DNA of 64,000 bases from an uncultured Planctomycetaceae bacterium (GCA_963785305.1 CAWAUV010000007.1:1312001-1376000), one strand, 5' to 3'. Counted from the stretch's first letter, positions 21,098 through 31,491 are shown. Numbers and translations are program-made. Notes: generated from the sequence alone by a model not told the origin.

Positions 21098-24000
21098 ATG
21101 CCCATGACCGACGAATCCACGCTCGACGATCTGCTGGACCGCTGGGAAGCACGGGTCCGCGAGGGTCGGCCCATTGAACTCGAATCGCTGTGCGGCGAGC
21201 ATCCGAAATTGCTCGACGAGCTTCGCCGCCGAGTGGCGATGCTTGGTCGCATGGACGCGCTGCTCGAAACCCAAGCGTATTCGGCCGCGGGGGCGGAGGG
21301 ACCGCGCGAACCAACGACGACAGCCACCGGCGCCAGCGAGATTTCGCCCGCCGCGATCGACGCCGGACGCTATCGGGCGATTCGGTTCCATGCCGCCGGC
21401 GGCTTGGGCGCGATTTTCGTGGCCCACGACAGCGAGCTCCAGCGAGAAGTCGCCCTGAAGCTGATCAAGCACGAATGGGCCTCGAGCGCCGAGAGCCGGC
21501 ATCGCTTCGCGCTCGAAGCCGAAATCACCGGCCGGCTCGAGCATCCTGGCATTGTGCCGGTTTATGGTTTTGGCCACGGCAGCCAATCCGGCGAAGGCGG
21601 CCGGCCGTTTTACACGATGCGCTTCATTCGAGGCGAAAGCCTGCAAAGCGCGATCGATCGCTTTCACGCCGCCGACGCCGCGCCGCGCGATCCCGGCGAG
21701 CGCGCCCTCGAATTCCAGAAACTGCTCCGCGGTTTTTTGCTCGTCTGCGAAACGATCGCCTTCGCGCATAGCCGCGGCGTGGTGCATCGCGATCTCAAAC
21801 CGGCGAATATCATGCTCGGCGCCTACGGTGAAACGCTCGTCGTCGATTGGGGACTTGCCAAGGTCCTCGGCGCCACGGAGCCAGCCGCCCCCGACGACGA
21901 CACGCTCTGGACGCCGGCCGCCGCGGCCCGCTTGGAACAATCGATTCAGGGCCTCGCGCGCGGTTCTCCGGCCTACATGAGCCCCGAACAAGCCGAGGGA
22001 CGCTGGGACCTCGTCGGACCGGTCAGCGATATCTATAGCCTGGGCGCCGTGCTATACATGCTGCTGACCGGCCAGCGCGCATTCGATGGCCGCGACCTGG
22101 GCGAGGTGTTCGACAAAGTTCGCCGCGGAGATTTTCGGCCGCCGCGGGCGGTGAAGGCCAGCGTGCCCGAGGCGCTCGAGGCCGTGTGCCTCAAGGCGAT
22201 GCGCGTCGCGCCGTCGGACCGCTACCAGAGCGCCCAATTGTTCGCGGCCGACATCGAGCATTATCTGGCCGACGAACCGGTCTCGGCGCTCGTCGATCGC
22301 TGGCCGACGCGCGCCCGTCGCTGGCTCAAGCGTCATCGGACATTCGCCGCGTCCGCCGGCATTGGCCTCCTGATGACCCTCCTCGGCTTGGCCGGCTTGA
22401 GCGCGGTGCTGCGCGTCAAGAACACCCAGCTCACGACCGCCCGTCAACGCGCCGAGCAAAACTTCGATCTCGCGCATGGCGCGGTGAAGGACCTGCTCGA
22501 CGAGGTCGACGGAAACCCGGCGCTCCGCCGGCCGGGCACGCATCGAGCTCAAGAATCACTGCTCCGCGTGGCGCTCAAGTACTACCGCGATTTTCTCTCC
22601 TCGGGCCACGACGACCCGCAATTGCGGCGCGAACAGGCCCAAGCGCATCGGCTTGTCGGGCAGATTGTCGCCGAGATCGGACCGCCCGAGCAAGCGTTGA
22701 CGGAATATCGCGCCGCCGAAGCGATTCTCGCGAAACTAGCCGCCTCGGGGGCGACGCCCGAGATCGCATTCGCGCGGGCCGATATTGCCTCGCGGCTCGC
22801 GCTGCTCGAGGGACAATTGGGCCGCCTCGAAGCGAGCCGCGCGGATTTTAGGCAAGCCCGAGAGCGCTACGAGCGTCTCGTGGCCGACCATCCGCGGCGG
22901 GCCGAGTTTCGCTGGAATCTGGCTTGTTTGCAACTGGCCGAAGGAGAGTTCACGCAAGACGCGACATTGCTCGAAGCAGCGCGGAAAGCATTTGACGAAA
23001 CGCCCGGCGGCGCCACGGCGCTACCGGCCGAGATGCAACTCGCGCTGGCGCGAACCTGCTGCGCGCTCGGCGCCATTTACAATTTGCGCGGCGAGCTTAC
23101 GGCCGCCGGGACCGCCTTGCGCGCGCCGACCACACGCTCGCCGCGCTCGGTCCCGCGGATCAAGCCCGGGTCGAGGTCGAGCAGACTCGCGGGCAAATCG
23201 ATCTGGATCAGGCGGCGCTCGCGCGGAAGCGCGGCGAGAACGAGTCGGCGGTCGAATTGCTCGTGGCCGCCCAAGCGCGGTTCGCCCGCCTCGCCGAACA
23301 AAATCCCGATGTGCCGGAATTTCGCTTGCGTCTGGCCGAGGCGAATCTTGGCCTAGGCAAACAATATCTCGCCGCCGACCGGCGGACGCTCGCCGAGCAG
23401 CAACTGCTCGCGGCGCGCGACACCTTCGAACAGTTGGCCCGAGACAACCCCAAGCTGCTCGACCGCTATCAGTTGCGCGAAGCATGATCGATCTGGGAGT
23501 GCTGATGGTCCACGCCGGTCGACTGCCCGAGGCCCAGGCGTCGTACGCTCGCGGCGAAGAAGTGCTGGCCGGATTGGCCGTGATCGACCCGACGAATCCC
23601 AGCGTGGCGCGCGACTGGGCCGCGGCGGAAAGTGGGCAAGGCACGATCGCGATGGAATCGGCCGACTACCCCGCCGCCATCGAGCGATTCTCGAGCGCGC
23701 TGGCCCGACTCGATGCGATCGTCCGCGCGCATCCCGAGCGACTCGAGTTTCGTCAGGCGAACGCCAGGGTGCGGCAAAACCTCGCGGCCGCCCAGGCGGT
23801 TTCCGGCAAGTGGACCGCGGCGATCGCGAACTTCGAACACGCTGCCCGGGAATTCGCCGACAATGTCGCGCGGCATCCCGATGTGCGGCAGTGCGCGATC
23901 GATCGCTCGCAGTTCGATCGGCTGTTGCTGACGATTCTCTGCGAAGCGCTGCCCACGGATTTAGCGGCTGCCGAACGACAGGCTGAAGCCGAGTCGGCCC

Positions 24001-24113
24001 GGCGGCTGTTGCGGCAAGAACTGCCGGTGTTCGAAGCTGAATCGCCGCTCGACGAAGACGACCGGCGGGCGATCGCCGAATGCCGCGGCGCGCTCGGCGC
24101 CTCGGCCCCGTGA
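21098..24113 (+). CDS. Hanks-type Ser/Thr kinase with TM helix and C-terminal TPRs (frameshifts near 23125 and 23480)
   Basis: AAGGLGAIF, VALK, HPGIVPVY, HRDLKPANI, DWGLAK, GSPAYMSPEQ, DIYSLG; TM AGIGLLMTLLGLAGLSAVL; helical repeats to stop at 24113. Confidence 0.92.
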
Positions 24114-24133
24114 GGCGAACGCGATGCAACGCA

Positions 24134-24181
24134 ATCAGCCAGGAACCCGACGACGCGCGGTCGTCGGGAATCCTGGCTGAT
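24134..24181. terminator. Long hairpin between convergent kinase and caspase 3 genes (probable bidirectional terminator)
   Basis: ATCAGCCAGGA-ACCCGACGAC...GTCGTCGGGA-ATCCTGGCTGAT inverted repeat. Confidence 0.6.
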
Positions 24182-24225
24182 AGTGCGGGAAGCTCTCGGC
24201 CGTGGCCGATGCGAGTTCAGGCGTT

Positions 24226-25998
24226 TCAAGGTTTGATGAGCACGGCTGGCGAGCAGTTATCCACGAACGATGGCTCGTGTTCGCCCTCGGTCGCCGGCTT
24301 TCCCGCGCGAATCATTGCTTCGCGCCGGAGCTTGAAGTATTGCTGCATGAGCTCCGCGGTGCGATCGTTCGATTGATGCACGTCGAGCGGCGTGGTCGCG
24401 TCGTTGATGGCCCGCATCAGGCAGTCGGTGAACAGGCTAATATGCGGATCGAACCCACCGGCAAGCGATGTTTGTTCCGACCGACACGCCGCGAGCAGCG
24501 CGCACTGCGGTTGCCCGATGTCTTTCAGCCGCTCGACTTGTTGTTTGAGAAACCGGAATCGCTTGGGAGCTTCGGCGGCCCCGGCCAGGTCCTTGGTCTT
24601 GGCGAAACCACCGGCATGGCAAGCATCGACCACGACAACTATCTTGCGTCCGGTGAGCGATTGCAGCCAATGGCCAAAGGCATCGTCGCTGACGCACGAT
24701 TCTCGGTAGAGCACACTCACCGCCTTCTCCCAGTTTTCCTCGTTGGCACGGGTGATTCCCGCGGCCAAAAGGCGATCGCGAACCTTGTTCACTCGCCGCG
24801 CCACCGCCGGATCAAGCTGGTTGTCGGCTTCCTGAGTATTGAGTTTCGCGAACACGTCGAACGGCATGAAATCCCGCATGAGCAGCACGGTGTCTTTTCC
24901 ACCGGACTCGTCGCCATCGTCGTCGGCGATCTCCCCTCCATGGCCGGAGAAGTAAATCATCACCGTGTCTCCGGGCCGCGACACGCTGGGCAGCCACTGG
25001 GTGACCAGTTGCTCGAAATTTTGCCGCGTCGCTTTCTCGTCGGTGATCACGCGGCTGTCGTCGAGCTTGCCCACGCGGTTGAGCGTGTCGCGAAGTTGGA
25101 TCGCGTCGTTGCGACAGTTCGGCAGCTCCGGGGTTGATTTGGGCGTGAAGAGCGAAAAGAATTCAAAACTGTTCACGCCCACGAAAACCCCATAGCGTTT
25201 GCCGGTGGGCGCCGGCTGCGCGAGTTGTTCCGTCGTCCGGATTTTCACGGTCGTTTCCGACCATTTATGCATCGCCTCCGACTTGGCCAAATCCTTCACC
25301 ACCCGCGCCACGGCCTTGCCCGACACCGGATTGAACACCGCCGCTCGGGCCGCCGGATCGGAGAGTTCCTTGATCGGTTCGCGCGAAGCCACGACCTTGA
25401 TGATCTCTTCGCCATACGGAGGTCCGACCTGCCAGCGAAACACATCGCCGTGGCTGGGAATCTGCACCTTCATCTTGGCCGGCACGCGGTTCCGGGGCTC
25501 GACCGAGTTGGGATAGATTTGAAACACCTGTCCGTCGGCTTGCTTGTAAAGCACATAAATATAGGCTTCGACCTCGCAGGTGATACGGAGCGAGATCGCA
25601 TCGCCGCGGGAATATTCGCCCGAAGCGCGATCCACTTCCGCATGCACATAAAAAGCCGGCTCCTCTTGCGCGATCGCCTCGGGAGGCGCGACCGCCGGCG
25701 GTTCGATGGCCGCCGGTTCGGGCCGGGCGGGCGGCGCCGGGGGAACTGGAGGCGCCGGCGCGTTTTCAGCAGGCGGGCTCGTCGCCGGGGGATTGGGCAC
25801 GGGTGGGTTCGGAGCGGGTGGGTTCGTGGCCGGTGGGTTCGTGGTGGGCGCGGTTTCCCCGCCGGCCGGAGCGTCCGTGGCGGCGGGAGTATTCGCTGCA
25901 CCGGATTGCGGACCGGTTGCTTCGTCGGCAACAACGGGACTCGCGGTCCCAAGGACCGCCAACAGGCACATCACAAAACAAGTGGAATGGATTCGCAT
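24226..25998 (-). CDS. Secreted Pro-rich linker + DUF4384-like + C14 caspase-like peptidase 3
   Basis: Signal MRIHSTCFVMCLLAVLGTASPVVA; xNPPA repeats; YSRGDAI...AYIYVLY..DGQVFQIYPN...PPYGEEIIKVVAS; RYGVFVGVN, YFSGHG, VVDACHAGG. Confidence 0.9.
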   Translation of the reverse strand: MRIHSTCFVMCLLAVLGTASPVVADEATGPQSGAANTPAATDAPAGGETAPTTNPPATNPPAPNPPVPNPPATSPPAENAPAPPVPPAPPARPEPAAIEPPAVAPPEAIAQEEPAFYVHAEVDRASGEYSRGDAISLRITCEVEAYIYVLYKQADGQVFQIYPNSVEPRNRVPAKMKVQIPSHGDVFRWQVGPPYGEEIIKVVASREPIKELSDPAARAAVFNPVSGKAVARVVKDLAKSEAMHKWSETTVKIRTTEQLAQPAPTGKRYGVFVGVNSFEFFSLFTPKSTPELPNCRNDAIQLRDTLNRVGKLDDSRVITDEKATRQNFEQLVTQWLPSVSRPGDTVMIYFSGHGGEIADDDGDESGGKDTVLLMRDFMPFDVFAKLNTQEADNQLDPAVARRVNKVRDRLLAAGITRANEENWEKAVSVLYRESCVSDDAFGHWLQSLTGRKIVVVVDACHAGGFAKTKDLAGAAEAPKRFRFLKQQVERLKDIGQPQCALLAACRSEQTSLAGGFDPHISLFTDCLMRAINDATTPLDVHQSNDRTAELMQQYFKLRREAMIRAGKPATEGEHEPSFVDNCSPAVLIKP

Positions 25999-26682
25999 GG
26001 CATCGCTCGCGAGTAAGGGAGACTTGAACTGCCAACATCGCGCGGCCGATCGCCAAGCCGGTTCGCGCCGCATGATGCCAGACTACTTTAACACGGTCTG
26101 AATCACGGCGGCAAACCAAACGGGCCAGGCGTCCCGATCGCGCGAGTCCGGACAACATCGCCGGACACTTCTTAAAGCGGCGCCCTGAATCCAATGAGGG
26201 CAAAGCCCGCGGGAATCCGCAAGAAACATGCTTCCGGGCATCGCGATTACCGCGGCCGCGATGATTTGGAGCCGGAATTTTCGCCCCCAGCCGGTCCGCT
26301 TCGCCGCTGAATGAGTTGTGGCGCCGTTCAGCAACTTACTTCGCCGAGGATCGAGCCATGCCAGACGGAAAACGCGCTCGCCGTAATTCACCGCTCGCCG
26401 CCAAACGGCGTTGGTACGCCCTGCACCGCTGCGTGCGCTTCAATCGCCGCTTCGGCTTGGCCACGGCTTCGGCCCCTGCCCAAGCGATGCCCGAGCGCGA
26501 ACCGGCGGCCTGAACTGGCTCCCCCGCCGGGCCCTTCACGAGCTCAAGAAAATATTTCCGCGAGTTTGCCCCGCCCGGACTTTTAATTCCGCTCTTATTT
26601 TTGGCGGGCAAGCGGCGAACCAAATCCTCGCTGGCCCGGCGCCCCGCTCTCTCGAACATCAAACCAGCACAAGGAAAACATC

Positions 26683-28647
26683 ATGTTTCATTTTCTCAAT
26701 CGCTTTGCCGCTCCCAAGCCGGTGGCTCGCTCGCGTCGTCGAAACAAATTAGGCCGCGCCTCGGGTTTCGAGTCGCTCGAATCGCGGGAAATGATGACCG
26801 GGACCAGCGCGCTCACGATGTATCCGGCGGCGACCATCAGTTCGTATACCAATGTGGGCTTTCAAAATAACCCCGTTGCGTCGCTGAGCGCCACGGTCGC
26901 CGGCAAGCAAGACGCCACCCCGGCGCATTTCACGGCCCAGGTCAACTGGGGCGACGAAAACGGCTGGCAGCCGGCGCAAGTGGTCGTGAACAACACCGCC
27001 GGCACGCGCATCCCGCTGCTGATCGAAGGTTCGCACACCTACGACGAACCCGGCACGCACACGATCCAAGTCAAAGTGACGGGCGACGGCATCACGATCT
27101 CCGGCGTCGAAAGCGTCGGCTCCGTGGAAAACATGCCGTCGCAAGCCAGTCAGCCCGGACTCGAAGCGGCGAACCTGGGCGGTCCCAAGCCGCTCGGGGC
27201 CACGCAGCTCGTGCTCTACGATGCCCAAACGCTCACCACCACGCAGGGCGCCGCCGCCAAGGGAATCGTGGCCACGGCCGATGGTTACTATGGAGGTCTC
27301 CACGACACGGTGGCCAGCGATTACAAGACGCAGATCAACTGGGGCGACAGTCCGCGGTGGACCACGGGCAATGTCGTCGCGGCGCCGGCCGGCTCTTCGA
27401 TTCCGTTTCAGATCACCGGAACTCACACCTATCAAGACGCCGGCGCCTTTCCCGTGACCGTGGTCCTGACCGGACCCGACGGACAAACCCTCACGGAACG
27501 AACGAGCATGGTGGTCGTGAATCCCACGTCCGCCACCACGGCGCCGTTATTGCTCAAGGGCAGCGTGGCGGTGAACGCCACCGAGACCCAACTCGTGGCC
27601 GAGGGCGCGCAGCTCGATGCCTGGGGCGCCAATCTGCAAGCCGCCACCAACGACGCCGTGAAGTCGTTTGCCGAGGGACTTTTGAATCCGAGCGCTCAGC
27701 CGTCGGCGATTTCAGTGAGCAATCCGGCTCAATATCCCTTCTCGCGCAGCTTTTTCGACGCCGGTCGCATGCTCCAAGGCATTGCCAACGGCGTGGCCAG
27801 TCTGCCGAAAGACGTGTTGACGATGTTCGAGAATATGGTGTCCCATCCGGAAACGATGATCCCGGGCTATCCGGTCTTCGCGGCGGCCAACACCCTCGGG
27901 GCCGCGGTCGCCAATCCCACGGCCGCCATGAACCAGATCATGCAAGGCTTCCAGGCGTTTGCCAATCTGGATCCGGCCCAGGTGGGCGGCCAGTCGATTC
28001 CGAGCGCCGTGCTATTCGGCATTCTCGGCAGCAACACGACGCTCGCCGGCCAAATCGACAAGGCCGAAACCACTTTCACCGCGACCGGCGGCGCCGCGCC
28101 GATCAAGAACTATGGCGGCATGAGCTCGAATCTGATTCCGCCCTCGCAGGTGATTCCCAGCGGCGAGAAGCCGCTCGCCGCGGTGATCAACCAAATTCGC
28201 TGGGCCAATCCGATCGCCAATGTGAATCCAGGCTTTGGCACGGTCGTGGGAACCGACACCAACTGCGCATATGCCGCGATCGTCACCGACCGCATCTTGG
28301 CCGGCGCCACGCCCGAGGCGATTTCCCAAGGCCTCATGCTCCGCACGGCGCCTCCGGGAGTTCCGCAATCGGTCGGCTGGGTCGAGCAGTTCTTCCAAGG
28401 CAGCGAGTTCGGCGACGAGATCCAATCCGCGACCATGGTCCAACAGATGAACGCCGCCGGAAACGGCGCCCGCGGAATCGTCTATGGGTTCAACACCGAA
28501 ATGGTCAATGGGGTGGAGGAATACGGCACTGGCCACTTCTTCAACGTGGTGAACAACAACGGCGTGATCACGTTCTACGACGGCCAGAGCGGCGGCGTGG
28601 CCAACCTGAGCGGCTACAGCGGCTTCTCGCTACTGCGAACGAACTGA
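26683..28647 (+). CDS. Secreted polymorphic-toxin-like protein: planctomycete LESR motif, two PKD/Ig-like repeats, helical linker, C-terminal papain-fold (Tox-PL-like) domain
   Basis: RRR..GFESLESREMMT; VNWGD..GSHTY and INWGD..GTHTY repeats; C-terminus TNCAYAAI...GARGIVY...GHFFNVVNNNGVITFYDGQSG (Cys-His-Asp). Confidence 0.82.
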   Translation: MFHFLNRFAAPKPVARSRRRNKLGRASGFESLESREMMTGTSALTMYPAATISSYTNVGFQNNPVASLSATVAGKQDATPAHFTAQVNWGDENGWQPAQVVVNNTAGTRIPLLIEGSHTYDEPGTHTIQVKVTGDGITISGVESVGSVENMPSQASQPGLEAANLGGPKPLGATQLVLYDAQTLTTTQGAAAKGIVATADGYYGGLHDTVASDYKTQINWGDSPRWTTGNVVAAPAGSSIPFQITGTHTYQDAGAFPVTVVLTGPDGQTLTERTSMVVVNPTSATTAPLLLKGSVAVNATETQLVAEGAQLDAWGANLQAATNDAVKSFAEGLLNPSAQPSAISVSNPAQYPFSRSFFDAGRMLQGIANGVASLPKDVLTMFENMVSHPETMIPGYPVFAAANTLGAAVANPTAAMNQIMQGFQAFANLDPAQVGGQSIPSAVLFGILGSNTTLAGQIDKAETTFTATGGAAPIKNYGGMSSNLIPPSQVIPSGEKPLAAVINQIRWANPIANVNPGFGTVVGTDTNCAYAAIVTDRILAGATPEAISQGLMLRTAPPGVPQSVGWVEQFFQGSEFGDEIQSATMVQQMNAAGNGARGIVYGFNTEMVNGVEEYGTGHFFNVVNNNGVITFYDGQSGGVANLSGYSGFSLLRTN

Positions 28648-28740
28648 CGCCACGCCGCCAAGGTCACCTCGCGGCGAATGGATTGCAAATGGCCAATCCC
28701 GGACTTGGAACAGCGACCCGGCGCGATTCTTAAAATAGAA

Positions 28741-29355
28741 TCACGCCGGGTTGCGGCACTGCGTTCGCTTCGGTGTTTCGTATTCGAAGAGAGCGGGCCA
28801 GTGGATTGCCGTTCGCACGTCGTTTAAATGGGCGCTCACGATCGAGTGGACATGGTAGCCGCTCCGCGATTCGAAGTCGCGGAGTCGGGCCATGCCGCGC
28901 CTTTTGGCCGCGGGCGACACCTCCTTGTTCACCGAAGCGAGCATGCCGAGCTCGATGTCACCCGTCATGGCCACTCCGCGGAATACGGTCGTCACATCGT
29001 CGTGCGAATGCTTCGGCGCCTTGATGAGCCAAAGGGGTTCACCGCCGACATGGAGCAACCGATCGCCCGAAACCTCTTTTGGATGAATGAACTCCGCGGC
29101 CGGGAAGGCCTTGGCGAGAGCATTCCAGGCATCTTCGTCGAAATGATCTTCATGGGAGTGCGACGCCGTGACATAGCGAAGCGATACTCCTACGTCGCGG
29201 AGCGCCGCTCGAACAATCTTCACTGTCAGCCCGGGCGGAATCTCGAGCAGCAGCGCCTCGTCGCCGTGAACAAGTAGCCAGCTTCCGACGTCGTCGGGCT
29301 CGCCATCGGGAAACGCGCCGAGGAGGCGCCAACCCTCGAAGTTCGGAATTTCCAT
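28741..29355 (-). CDS. MBL-fold metallo-hydrolase
   Basis: SHSHEDH motif, PKHS, MTGD, SAH; GGAGG RBS before ATG 29355. Confidence 0.85.
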   Translation of the reverse strand: MEIPNFEGWRLLGAFPDGEPDDVGSWLLVHGDEALLLEIPPGLTVKIVRAALRDVGVSLRYVTASHSHEDHFDEDAWNALAKAFPAAEFIHPKEVSGDRLLHVGGEPLWLIKAPKHSHDDVTTVFRGVAMTGDIELGMLASVNKEVSPAAKRRGMARLRDFESRSGYHVHSIVSAHLNDVRTAIHWPALFEYETPKRTQCRNPA

Positions 29356-29407
29356 CGCCAGACCTCCCCGGGGCACGATCATGAAACCGCCGCTCGACCC
29401 CGGCCCG

Positions 29408-29499
29408 CGCGAGCCAGATGCCCGGAAACTTCGCGGGCGATGCGTCAATATCAAGGTAACAAAGTTCTTAGATCGTGGCGAACCAGTTCGACCGCCGCG
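29408..29499. repeat. 92-bp perfect direct repeat, copy 1
   Basis: CGCGAGCCAGATGCCCGGAAAC...GTCAATATCAAGGTAACAAAGTTCTTAGATCG...ACCGCCGCG, identical to 31492-31583. Confidence 0.95.
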
Positions 29500-29842
29500 C
29501 GTTTCATATTAGCTTGTTGAAAAATGCGATCGTGGCGTCTTTCAACCATGGCGCTCCGCGTGTCGCATGGGAGACGTTTTGGCCGCGTGGTTCGTGGGCC
29601 AGTATTCCGGCGCCTGCTCGCGCGCGTAAGCGCCTCGCAGCCTGAACCATATGCTCGCGTCGCGGGAAACACGGCGCCACTCTCATGCTCGGCAGTAGCT
29701 TGCGTATCGAGTCCCATGTATGATGTTGGAAAATATTTGTTTCTGAAACCGCGATATTCAGATCAAACGTTTCGGAGCGATTTCCGTGGTTCCGCGTGTT
29801 CCCATATTTTCGGGCGACGACATTCATACGAGAAAGAACGCC

Positions 29843-31300
29843 ATGCGCTGCCTTGTTCTCGCCTTGATTCTGGCCGCGTGTTCAGTCGCGATTCGCTCGC
29901 TCGCGGCGGACGATTTCAGTGCGCAATGCGAGACGGCATTGGAGCGGCTGACTCCGCTGGCGCCGGATTTTCGCCGGCGGATCGTCGATGGCAATGTGAC
30001 CGAGGCCACCGCGAAAGTCCTAGCAGCTTTCCCCGAGGAATCTCGCAACGAAGCCGAAGCCTATACGCTCGGCAATTTATTGTTCGACATCGACGCGAAT
30101 GCCTCGTACGCCCTTCACAAGGCCGCGGCTCTTCCCAAGACGGAGCATTCACTTGTGCTGTGGGAATGGGCAATCGAGCAACACCGCGCGAAGGAATACC
30201 AGGGCGCACTCGATAGCTATCTCGCGTTTTCACGATTGCAACCGCACTCCGCCTCGACTTACGCGCTCCAAGCGGATTGCCTCTTGCGATTGAATCGCGT
30301 TGACGAGGCAATCGACGCCTGGAAGAACTCGGAACATGCGAAAACAGGTTCGATCGAGCAAATGGAGAATTTGGTTTGCGCCACGCATCTGGCTCCCGGC
30401 AATTTGCAACGTCGTGAAAAGCTCCTAGCAAAAGCGCTCTCGGAGCATGATGCCGACGCCGCGGCGGATTTGGTGGCGCTTGATTGCCGCTTTCCGCAAG
30501 ATTGGTGGCACAACGGTCCCCAAAAGGATTTTCTCGCCCACGATGTGCCCGCCGTGCTCACCTCGCTGAACCTGCCCGAAAATGACCTCGCGCGCCGCGG
30601 AATCGCCTGCGCGGCGGAGTGCGCGATAGGATTGGACGAGGCCGGAGAAGTGCGCGCGGCGTTAAAAAAGCACAACCTGATTGTCGACGACTCGCATACT
30701 ATTCCCAAGCACGCCGGCGTGGCCCGGAGCATTTTGGAAGCGGCCCGCGCGTCGAACGCCGTTGACGAGCCAACGCTTCGCGAGTGGTTGGGCGGGCGTT
30801 TGCTCGAGCAGGCACGCCAAAGCCATAACGCGGATTTCTGGCATATGGCCGTGGGCTTCGGCCCGACTGACCCCGTCGGCTCGGCGAAGCTTGAGCATGA
30901 GGCGTGGCGCGATAGCGGCGATGCGCTTTTCGCATGCGGTTTTCTCGTCGCTAAAAACGCGATTCAGCCGCTGACTTTAGACGACGCCGATTTGACGGCC
31001 GCGCGCCAGCAGTTTCCCGACAATGGCGAGATCATGCATGTGGTCTGCGTGGTCGCCAAGGCCGAAAAGAGATTGACGCGGCAACTTCTATCTCAAGCGG
31101 CGCAAGCGGAACTGAACCAGTTCTCATCGTTCATCGCTCCGGCAAGCGTCGTGTTGCGACCGCGATCCGATTACGTGCGATCGTATTTCGGGGAACTTGC
31201 AAGAATGCCCAACGGACGCCAAGATTCACGCGCGATCGCTCGACTGTCCTGCGAGCACATCCTGCCGACATGGTCGTGTCCGCGCCGAAGAATCTCTTAA
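29843..31300 (+). CDS. Exported TPR-containing hypothetical protein
   Basis: Signal MRCLVLALILAACSVAIRSLAA; TPR-like EYQGALDSYLAFSRLQPHSASTYALQADCLLRLNRVDEAIDAW; C-terminal end may be frameshifted. Confidence 0.7.
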   Translation: MRCLVLALILAACSVAIRSLAADDFSAQCETALERLTPLAPDFRRRIVDGNVTEATAKVLAAFPEESRNEAEAYTLGNLLFDIDANASYALHKAAALPKTEHSLVLWEWAIEQHRAKEYQGALDSYLAFSRLQPHSASTYALQADCLLRLNRVDEAIDAWKNSEHAKTGSIEQMENLVCATHLAPGNLQRREKLLAKALSEHDADAAADLVALDCRFPQDWWHNGPQKDFLAHDVPAVLTSLNLPENDLARRGIACAAECAIGLDEAGEVRAALKKHNLIVDDSHTIPKHAGVARSILEAARASNAVDEPTLREWLGGRLLEQARQSHNADFWHMAVGFGPTDPVGSAKLEHEAWRDSGDALFACGFLVAKNAIQPLTLDDADLTAARQQFPDNGEIMHVVCVVAKAEKRLTRQLLSQAAQAELNQFSSFIAPASVVLRPRSDYVRSYFGELARMPNGRQDSRAIARLSCEHILPTWSCPRRRIS

Positions 31301-31491
31301 AATTCGCTCGGCGGCGAGGCAAACCTCGCACCGGCGCCTCCGTCACCCGCCGAGAACGTTCCGCTCATGCGGTTCACTTCGCATTGTATTTTCGTGCATC
31401 ACGGCCGCTTTGGCATACGGCGTGGCGCTTGATCTGGTCATGGCGCGAATCCGAGCGAGTTCGTCAAGCCGCCGGCCCGCGCGAGCCGCGC

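Noticed and set aside
28741..29355. MBL gene as beta-lactamase or as immunity protein of the upstream toxin
   Set aside because: Only the generic HxHxDH fold motif, no signal peptide, and it is convergent rather than co-transcribed with the toxin.
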